The notes beneath the pieces were generated by a model that worked only from the letters and a program-made list of their open reading frames with translations, searched no databases and was not told the origin of the DNA. A stretch of DNA of 28,675 nt from Halobacteriaceae archaeon. GTDB taxonomy: Archaea > Halobacteriota > Halobacteria > Halobacteriales > Halobacteriaceae. Both the position numbers and the translations under genes were made by a program. Of this stretch, positions 1 through 6,729 are shown piece after piece. The stretch lies in assembly GCA_042216675.1 (NCBI GenBank), contig JBDGTS010000010.1, positions 1 to 28,675 on the forward strand, given 5' to 3'. The stretch's first letter is position 1. Each line of letters starts with the position of its first letter.

Positions 1-316
1 CGACTTCTTCGAGCGCTTCGTCGTCTCTATCTGCCGCCAGCAGGTGTCGATGGCCTCCGCGGCGGCCATCGAGGAGCGGCTGTTCGACGCCGTCGCGGTG
101 ACGCCCCGGGGAATCCTCGACGCCGACCCCGAGACGCTCCGGGACGCCGGCCTCTCGCGACAGAAAACCGACTACGTGCGAAACGTCGCGCGGGCGTTCG
201 AGGAGCGCGGGTACTCCCGCGACTACTTCGCCGGGATGGACGACGCGGCCGTCGTGGCCGAACTCACGTCCATCACCGGTGTGGGAACGTGGACCGCGAA
301 GATGCAGTTGGTGTAA
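1..316 (+). pseudogene. alkA: 5' part of AlkA-family DNA-3-methyladenine glycosylase (HhH-GPD); starts before the window and is truncated by the element insertion
   Basis: Frame open from base 2: DFFERFVVSICRQQVSMASAAAI...LRDAGLSRQKTDY...LTSITGVGTWTAKMQL, with HhH motif ITGVGxWTA. Stops at TAA 314-316, just inside the element. Confidence 0.9.
304..310 (+). repeat. attL core (GCAGTTG)
   Basis: Identical to 6548-6554; the match extends to GCAGTTG(G/C)TGT. AlkA similarity ends here. Confidence 0.88.
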
Positions 317-439
317 CAAAGTTCGTCAATCAAATGTCTATACAGAAACCCGCCAGCCTCACGTCTCTACACGAAACGCCGATCCCGACCGAAACGGCCC
401 TCGTGTTCACCGTCACATCACCCCTCTCGACGGGCCATG

Positions 440-1175
440 TGACATGACTCTTTCACTCCTCCTTCTGTGGGTCCGTTGCAGGAAGGGGTCTATTGTCTCA
501 CTCCCCCTCCTCATGCTGTTGGGGCCAAAGCCAATTGGCGCTTGAAACTGGCCGAGGTATCACGTCCTCGCAGGGGGTTTACCCCCCAAGAGGACGTATA
601 CCGAGGCCTACCATCGTCATTTCTGTAATTACGTCCATATCAGACGAGGGGGCAATGGGAGGCCCATGTCCCATTCCGTTACCATAGTGACGTAGTAATA
701 GACGTACAGTTAACAGCCTAAGCGAAAAGCGCGTGTGCATGGCCCATCGGCGTCTTGCGATTGTAAACTTGGTTCTAACCGAGTCGGGGTCGAGTAAGAC
801 GGAATCCGAGTCCCTACTCCACCTTCTTTGTCAGCGTTCTCTGAGAAGCCTGAGAGACGGCACAGAGACGTTTCGAGTCGGACGAGAGGTAACCATCCTA
901 TCGGGACAGAAATCGCTTAGACGCCCCTCTCGCGGCTTGGGGATGAATCTATCCGAACGGGGGCATCCTCAGCAGTAACTAAGTGGCTCAAATGCCAAAA
1001 AGATGCTGGTCACTTCTATTCTGAGTCTCCTGAGCAAGACCACGTCGCTCTGACGGGACCGAACGGAGGGAAGGATGAATCCCTCTCGGTGGGTACGGGA
1101 GGTCCGCGAGAGCGCCGTCACGTCGTCTTAGGAGACTGTGAAGCGATTGACAGCAGAGGAGAGAGTCGGGTTCGG
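440..1175 (+). ncRNA. Candidate large structured non-coding RNA or structured cis element
   Basis: No acidic haloarchaeal-type ORF. Stems at 550-608, 718-725/913-920, 751-801, 923-964 and 1004-1155. Several pairs are G-U only when read on the + strand. Confidence 0.45.
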
Positions 1176-1176
1176 C

Positions 1177-1581
1177 CTACTCCCTGATAGGCCGAATTGC
1201 CTCGTCTGGAGTAAACTCGTCAAACCTCGTCACAGGCACCGTCAAGTTGGGGACGTCGTCGTCTTCTACCTCGATGACGGCGACGTCGTCGGTGACGATG
1301 CGGACGACTCCCCCGCCTAACGGCGTGTTGACTGCGTCGCCGACGTCCACCCGAGGGCCTTCTTTGGCGTGGATTCTTTCGTAGACTTGGAACGGTTCGA
1401 ACCAGACCGTTGGGACCGTCAGCGTGGCGGTGTTACCGACAATCTCGATGAAGGTCACGTCCTCGTTCATGTCACAGACGGTGCCCTCTCCAACGGGCGT
1501 CTGCACTCTCTCATCGGGGCTGACTGTCCACAGACGGGATCGGTCTTCGACGGACTCGATGTCTTCCCACCACTCACTCAT
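1177..1581 (-). CDS. Hypothetical protein with two tandem Tudor/SH3-like beta repeats
   Basis: Acidic 134-aa ORF. The pattern V.TP.G.G.V......V..IE...LTVP...F occurs twice. Start overlaps the stop of the upstream gene. Confidence 0.75.
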   Translation of the reverse strand: MSEWWEDIESVEDRSRLWTVSPDERVQTPVGEGTVCDMNEDVTFIEIVGNTATLTVPTVWFEPFQVYERIHAKEGPRVDVGDAVNTPLGGGVVRIVTDDVAVIEVEDDDVPNLTVPVTRFDEFTPDEAIRPIRE

Positions 1582-1738
1582 CGGCTTTCACCTCGGGATT
1601 GACGGTGTCGTGGCCTTGGCGGTAGCAAGACCAACATGGGATTTCCTGATCGGCACTCCAACAAGAGCAGTCGGCGGGACGTCGAGGTTGTTCAAATGAG
1701 GCGATACTCTCTTGGGTCGGCGTGTGTGACTTGCTCAT
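1574..1738 (-). CDS. Small Cys-rich (CxC...CxxC) putative Zn-binding protein, 54 aa
   Basis: MSKSHTPTQES...DCSCWSADQEIPCWSCYRQG from ATG 1738; 8-bp overlap with the next gene. Confidence 0.65.
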   Translation of the reverse strand: MSKSHTPTQESIASFEQPRRPADCSCWSADQEIPCWSCYRQGHDTVNPEVKADE

Positions 1739-1848
1739 GGGTCGTGGCACCTTCGGAAACGGCCCACCTGCCCTGCCCAAACAGGGCTTTTTCGCCGTGA
1801 CGGGTGTCACGGGTGAGTCGCTTCCTGAGTCAAACGTGACAGGCCACG

Positions 1849-1860
1849 ATTATAAATCTA
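1849..1860 (-). promoter_or_regulatory. Putative TATA box for the leftward operon (1738 to 1177)
   Basis: The minus strand reads TAGATTTATAAT in an AT-rich patch upstream of the operon. Confidence 0.4.
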
Positions 1861-2292
1861 TTGTATGAAATCTGGTAAGAGTACGGTAGCGAATCCGATA
1901 TGGGTACCCCACGAAAATTGGGTGGGGCACCCCTGTTATCCTCACTATGGGGCGGGAGCAGTTCCCTACCCCGAGATACGAGACTCGCTCATGTAGAAAC
2001 AGAGTGTTATCTCAGCGCTACACTACCGCCGTAATCCAAATGATACGTTGCCCAATTGACGACGGGCGGAAGTCGGTTTCGGCGTCGGAACCGTGGGGGT
2101 TGCGCCGTCGAAGTTGGGTTCGACGGGGATGGAAACTGTTGCATCGGCGCAACACTCACCGTGTCCGTCACGGGAGATGCAAAACATATTCCAACCGTGA
2201 CATTTTTACGCATGGGGCATCATAGACAACGTAGGCACACCTGCTTCTCACTCCCCGATTGTACCGCCCGAAAGCAACCTCCATCTACTGAG

Positions 2293-2700
2293 ATGTCTGT
2301 CTTCAACACACCCTCGATTGTCGTCTGCATCGACGCGCCGCTCCCCGACCAATCCCTCGAAATCGTTGCTGACTCCGATTCCGCCGCCATCGAAGAACTA
2401 CCTACTGACGACCGTAAGTACGTCGACCAGCACGACCACGCCGTGACCGTGACGCCTGATAACGGCTCTCGACTGACTCTCACAGGCCGAGTGAGTGAGG
2501 ACGACGCCCACATCCTCGCCGCCCTCAAAGTCCTCTCTCAAGCCGTTGACATCCGCTCACCGCCCTATGATGGCGTCGGCCAAGTGACCGCCCTCTCCAT
2601 CTGTGAAACCGACGTGTCGGGTCACACACCCCGTCTCGATGACGACGCCATCCTCGCCGTCGACGTCGAAATTGACCTGTTCAACGCCACAGGTGAGTGA
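2293..2700 (+). CDS. Putative GpU-like tail tube initiator / baseplate protein, 135 aa
   Basis: Acidic ORF from ATG 2293. The pattern RLTLTGRV...LAALKVL...YDGVGQVTALSICET...VEIDL resembles the P2 GpU fold. Lies directly before a GpD-like gene. Confidence 0.5.
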   Translation: MSVFNTPSIVVCIDAPLPDQSLEIVADSDSAAIEELPTDDRKYVDQHDHAVTVTPDNGSRLTLTGRVSEDDAHILAALKVLSQAVDIRSPPYDGVGQVTALSICETDVSGHTPRLDDDAILAVDVEIDLFNATGE

Positions 2701-2702
2701 GT

Positions 2703-4073
2703 ATGTCAGCAGGCCCTCCAACCGTCGACGGCCAGCACACTATCGAGGAGATCGTCTTTCGTGGGACCAAGCAGACACCACAGAAAGACGTGCGTGTTTT
2801 CGTCGGTGACGTAGAGATTCCGACCATCGACATCATCGGACGTGAGACACCCGCCGTCTCCGTGGATATGCGGACGGACGGTCCTGCGGCTATCGTCAAA
2901 TACTCTGACATCATCTTCCCCTCGACGTGGCGGGATGACAGCGTCTATGACGCAGTCGAGTACCAAATACGACACGTCGACGCCCCCGTCCGCATCGAGG
3001 CCCGCATTCCCTCAGCAGGCGAAGGTGACGACTATACGACGATCCACTATGGACCGATTCGGTCAGACGTCGGAAGTGCCGACGACGGACGGGCTATGCG
3101 GATGAAAGTCGGCGACGTGAGTGATGCGTTCCGTTCGATAGGGTACGGTGCATCGTACAACCAAGCCGACCCCCAGTCTGTCCTCGAAGACATCCGTGAC
3201 GAGGCGGTGGAGAATCTGCCGTACATCGAGGAGTTAGCCATCGAGAATCGGTTTCCGACGTTCGACAACTACAAAGCAAACCACGTCTCGATCACGTATC
3301 AGCGGAATCGTGACACCATCGTGAGTGCCCTGAACGAACTGACGGGGAGAGTCGGGTTCAGTTGGTATGTTACCTACGACGACGAAACACAGAGTCCGAA
3401 ACTCGTCGTGGACGACCCTTCCCCATCAGAGTCGTTCTACTGGCGAGGGTTGGGTGACGACGCCGCTCATGGCGACTCCCGAGGCGACGATGGGACATAC
3501 GTCTCCATCCGTGAGAACCGTGCCTTAGCGAACATTTCACCGACGTACAAACTCGGAGTGTGGGGCAAGTCGGATGAGTCGACGAAGGCCCCGTCAGCAG
3601 GCGACTACGTCGGTCACGCCATCAATCCGACTAACTCGTTTGTGCCGCCGAAGAAAAACCCGTCCGCCGAGGCACCCTACGTCGTCGTAGTTCATGAAGG
3701 GCTGAAGGAGCGGGCGCTACACAGCATCGAGACGCCACCTGAGACGAACGTCGACGCGACGACGTTGGAACAGGCGACAAAGAAAGCGAAACAGAAGTTC
3801 ATCGACAGACTCGGAAATGCAGGTGGCGGTCGTATCCGAACGGTAGGCCACCCCACCATCCGTCCCAACGACAGTCTCACTACGTCTATTGTCACCGACG
3901 ACGGGGGTCACGAATTAGTAGACCCGACCACCTACGGGGTGACACGGGCGACCCACACGTTCCCTGCGACTGGTGAGTATTTCGTGGACTGTGAGGTCAA
4001 CATCTCTGCGACGAAAGATGATCTCGCCGTCGAGACAGCGGAGATGCGTCCTGTCTTTGGCGACGGCGAGTGA
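2703..4073 (+). CDS. Phage late-control D / baseplate hub (GpD/Mu gp44-like) protein
   Basis: TYQRNRDTIVSALNELTGRVGFSWYV and the C-terminal TVGHPTIRPNDSL...YGVTRATHTF...GEYFVDCEV match GpD-type patterns. GGTGA SD at 2692-2696 precedes ATG 2703. Confidence 0.65.
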   Translation: MSAGPPTVDGQHTIEEIVFRGTKQTPQKDVRVFVGDVEIPTIDIIGRETPAVSVDMRTDGPAAIVKYSDIIFPSTWRDDSVYDAVEYQIRHVDAPVRIEARIPSAGEGDDYTTIHYGPIRSDVGSADDGRAMRMKVGDVSDAFRSIGYGASYNQADPQSVLEDIRDEAVENLPYIEELAIENRFPTFDNYKANHVSITYQRNRDTIVSALNELTGRVGFSWYVTYDDETQSPKLVVDDPSPSESFYWRGLGDDAAHGDSRGDDGTYVSIRENRALANISPTYKLGVWGKSDESTKAPSAGDYVGHAINPTNSFVPPKKNPSAEAPYVVVVHEGLKERALHSIETPPETNVDATTLEQATKKAKQKFIDRLGNAGGGRIRTVGHPTIRPNDSLTTSIVTDDGGHELVDPTTYGVTRATHTFPATGEYFVDCEVNISATKDDLAVETAEMRPVFGDGE

Positions 4074-4291
4074 GCCACCCATCCCCCCTCTCCATCCCTC
4101 GGCCATCGTGGCCTGAACGTGATGGCGTCCGTCCAGCCCCCTCGTGGGGCAAGGACGCCTGTCACTCCACCTTCCCCGCTGTTCCATCGGGAATTCGGAG
4201 GCCATACCCCTACCTTCACGCCTCGAAGATGGGGATGGACGCCCCCGTATTGTCTGCTAACTGCTGACGACTCTCTAACTGACGCCAACAT

Positions 4292-4663
4292 ATGGCTGAT
4301 TCTGATTGCGGACGTGAGATTGCGTACTCGACTCGGGAAGCAAACGAAGCAGGTGACTTCATCGTGGGACGGTGCCCTCGATGTGTAGATGGACTAGCGT
4401 GGCACACCCCCCGTGGGCACGTCTGTGATCGGTGTTTCACAGTTTTCGACGTCTACGACGAACCGACCGTTCCTCAGAAGCAAGCCGAACGGAGACGTGA
4501 CCGACACCACAAGAGGGCACGACGGAGACGTGACCGTGGCCGATACGATACCAGCAACGACGTGCGACTGTACGGTGGCTACGACCGTGCGTATCCCGAC
4601 GAGTGGACGGACGAGGACGCCACCGTCGAACCAACCCACCTTCGGACGTGGAAACGGGGGTAG
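4292..4663 (+). CDS. Zn-ribbon protein with Arg-rich basic segment
   Basis: CPRC...CDRC motif followed by ERRRDRHHKRARRRRDRGRY. Confidence 0.7.
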   Translation: MADSDCGREIAYSTREANEAGDFIVGRCPRCVDGLAWHTPRGHVCDRCFTVFDVYDEPTVPQKQAERRRDRHHKRARRRRDRGRYDTSNDVRLYGGYDRAYPDEWTDEDATVEPTHLRTWKRG

Positions 4664-4672
4664 CAGTCTTTG

Positions 4673-4780
4673 CTACGCAATAACCTTGGCGTAGATGATG
4701 AAATACACGATCAACAGCAGGAAAACGCCAATCGTTACCTGCAACTGAAACTCTGCAAGTGTCATGGCAAGCGGTAGCAT
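4673..4780 (-). CDS. 35-aa single-pass membrane peptide
   Basis: MLPLAMTLAEFQLQVTIGVFLLLIVYFIIYAKVIA. TTTAA box (4806-4810, minus strand) lies 26-30 nt upstream of ATG 4780, the leaderless promoter spacing. Confidence 0.55.
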   Translation of the reverse strand: MLPLAMTLAEFQLQVTIGVFLLLIVYFIIYAKVIA

Positions 4781-4999
4781 AGTTGGTTTTCTAACACGAC
4801 GGGAGTTAAATCTTGGTGCCCCTTCATTTCGGCCTACCACGGTGGCGTGGACGTCGAGTGAGGCCATCCGTGTACCCCCATCATACCCTCTCACGTATGG
4901 CTATCGAGGCGGGCGATAGGCCCGAGGAGGCTGTCTTGGTACCCTCATCGACTGTGGTTTGCGTCCGTTATAGGAGTTATAATCGTCTCTAAGGGAGTC

Positions 5000-5971
5000 T
5001 CATCCGCCCTCATCGAACCGTTGATGGAACGCTTCGGTGGCATCGTCGGACGTAACTTCAAGATAGACCTGAGTGGTGGAAATGTCCTCGTGACCGAGGT
5101 GTTCTTGCAACATCGGTAATTGGATACCGCTCTTGACCGCCTGTACCCCGTGGCTGTGGCGCAACGTATGCGCCGTTACACGCCACCGCGTCTTTCCTGC
5201 CGCGTCTTCACCGAGCGGTTCCTGAATCCCCGCCTCATGTGCCGCCTTCTTGATCATGTCAGAGGCGCTTCCCTCCGACATCTGCGGGGATTTTCGCGTC
5301 AGAAAGAGGTAGTCGGATTCCTCCGAGACGGTGTATGCGTTCCTATATTTGCCGACCCATTGATCGAGTAGAAGGTTCAGAGAGGGTTGATAAGCGACTG
5401 TTCGTTTATCATCTGTTTTCTCGTCGTTGATTTGGATAGTCCGCTCGTCACGGTCGACGTCGTCAAGTTCGATACTTCGGAGTTCGTGTTCACGAACCCC
5501 CGTCTCCCACATCAGACGGACGATTAACTCGTTCCGAACTTGCGGTGCAGGGACGTTTTCGCAGAGGGCTTCCTTCTCGTCGTCGGTGATATAGACAATC
5601 CCCTCGTCGCCTGCATCGGTGTATTGCTCCTTCATCGTGGAGTTGGAGATCACCGTATATTCCCCGTAATCCACTTTCTCGACGGGATTCTCGTCTTCAT
5701 CAATCACCTCGATTTTCGCCGTCAGGAAGTCGTACAGGGCACTCAGAGCGGTGTATCTCGATTGAATCGTGGCCCCTTGGTATCCCTCGTCGTTGAGATG
5801 AAGTAGGTAGTCTTCGACGTCTACCCAATCCACATTTCGCGGATCGCTCCCATCGTACCAGTTCGAAAACTGGCGAATATCCGACCGCCACGTATCGGCG
5901 GTTCCCTCACCCTTCGTTCCTTCGAGGCGCTGCAAGAACCGTTGGACGTGTTCGTTCTCGAAGAAGGTCAT
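5000..5971 (-). CDS. int: Tyrosine recombinase/integrase (XerC/D-like)
   Basis: Complete catalytic set: ETGVREHEL (R), DEKT (K), HTLRH, LGHE, TTQVY. N-terminal SAM-like core-binding domain. Confidence 0.95.
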   Translation of the reverse strand: MTFFENEHVQRFLQRLEGTKGEGTADTWRSDIRQFSNWYDGSDPRNVDWVDVEDYLLHLNDEGYQGATIQSRYTALSALYDFLTAKIEVIDEDENPVEKVDYGEYTVISNSTMKEQYTDAGDEGIVYITDDEKEALCENVPAPQVRNELIVRLMWETGVREHELRSIELDDVDRDERTIQINDEKTDDKRTVAYQPSLNLLLDQWVGKYRNAYTVSEESDYLFLTRKSPQMSEGSASDMIKKAAHEAGIQEPLGEDAAGKTRWRVTAHTLRHSHGVQAVKSGIQLPMLQEHLGHEDISTTQVYLEVTSDDATEAFHQRFDEGG

Positions 5972-6489
5972 ACGTCTGCCTCCTTCCAGTAGCGCGTTTC
6001 ACCGTCCTCACCGACAATCGTTCTCACCCTACTCGTTGCTGAGAGTTGATTCAGGACACCCTGCGTGTTGATATTGGGGATGTTCACCCAGTTCAGTTTC
6101 TCCGCCAGTTCATCGGCAGTCATGGCTTCATGAGACGATTCAGGGAGGGCACCGAACGCCTCGTTTTCGATACCTGATGGGTCGGGAGCGTTCACTTCCT
6201 TCTCGACGCCCTCGACGGCGTCGTGAATATCGCCTATCTCCTTCTCTATCCGTTTTAGGCGGCGTTGAACGTCGGCATACTCCTCGTCACGACTTTCCAA
6301 TACATCACGGAGGTCGTCTTTGCTCAATCCTCCATCACCGCTGGTCCCGTCATCCTCGATGTGCTGGTTCACGGCGAAGCGGATGAGGAAACTCAGATTC
6401 TCGATATTCGGGTCTTCCTCGACGTAGTCTTCCCATCTCTCCTTCGTCTCCGTATCGACACGGAGGTTGATTTGGCTTCTCTGAGGCAT
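5968..6489 (-). CDS. RHH/CopG-like regulator with coiled coil and C-terminal winged-helix-like segment (candidate repressor or directionality factor)
   Basis: N-terminal SQINLRVDTETKERW...LSFLIRFAV; central heptad-like region; C-terminal MTADELAEKL...VLNQL. ATGA overlap with the integrase. Confidence 0.75.
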   Translation of the reverse strand: MPQRSQINLRVDTETKERWEDYVEEDPNIENLSFLIRFAVNQHIEDDGTSGDGGLSKDDLRDVLESRDEEYADVQRRLKRIEKEIGDIHDAVEGVEKEVNAPDPSGIENEAFGALPESSHEAMTADELAEKLNWVNIPNINTQGVLNQLSATSRVRTIVGEDGETRYWKEADV

Positions 6490-6517
6490 CGTCCGTGTTC
6501 ACCATCACCCTCTACGT

Positions 6518-6542
6518 CTATAAAACTGATATAAGTTTTCCC
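6518..6542 (-). promoter_or_regulatory. Promoter/operator of the regulator-integrase operon
   Basis: The minus strand reads GGGAAAACTTATATC (BRE plus TATA) and TTTTATAG, overlapped by the palindrome AAAACTgATATaAGTTTT at 6522-6539. Confidence 0.55.
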
Positions 6543-6547
6543 AACAC

Positions 6548-6554
6548 GCAGTTG
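6548..6554 (+). repeat. attR core (GCAGTTG)
   Basis: Identical to 304-310; AlkA similarity resumes here. Confidence 0.88.
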
Positions 6555-6728
6555 CTGTTCAGCCTCGGCCGACCCGACGTGTTCCCCGTCGAGGACCTCG
6601 GCATCAGGAAGGCGATGGAGTCTGTGTGTGGCGTGTCCGACCGCGATGCGATGGTCGAACGGGCCCGCGACTGGCGCCCACACCGGTCGTACGCGTCGCT
6701 GTACCTCTGGCGCGCGGCGGACGAGTGA
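6549..6728 (+). pseudogene. alkA: 3' part of AlkA-family glycosylase
   Basis: QLLFSLGRPDVFPVEDLGIRKAM...WRPHRSYASLYLW contains the GPD region with the catalytic Asp and the typical AlkA C-terminus. Confidence 0.92.
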
Positions 6729-6729
6729 C

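Larger units (their letters stand above)
304..6554. mobile_element. 6,244-bp tyrosine-integrase integrative element (satellite or defective provirus-like) inserted in alkA
   Basis: Direct repeat GCAGTTG at 304-310 and 6548-6554, with the two alkA halves on either side. Contains an integrase and virus-like genes, and is visibly less GC-rich than the flanks. Confidence 0.93.

Noticed and set aside
440-1175. Known ribozyme, intron, tRNA or retron identity for the structured region
   Set aside because: No complete hammerhead (CUGANGA..GAAA), HDV, group I or group II consensus was found by eye. GCCTAAGCG at 716-724 resembles pistol but lacks its pairing partner. No reverse transcriptase gene and no cloverleaf are present.
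279-1320. Track ORFs 279-545, 493-687, 733-978 and 1138-1320
   Set aside because: Basic, non-acidic composition with no motifs; they overlap att or structured sequence, or lie antisense to a better ORF.
2056-2292. N-terminal extension of the 214-aa ORF and overlapping short ORFs
   Set aside because: Arg/Cys-rich and low in acidic residues; protein-like acidic sequence begins at ATG 2293.
4781-4894. Longer 73-aa version of the membrane peptide
   Set aside because: The TATA position supports a leaderless start at 4780, and the extension runs through the structured region.
6495-6728. 77-aa ORF as a stand-alone gene restoring alkA function
   Set aside because: The first 18 codons are element promoter/att DNA, and the product lacks the HhH and N-terminal domains. 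It is the orphan 3' half of alkA.
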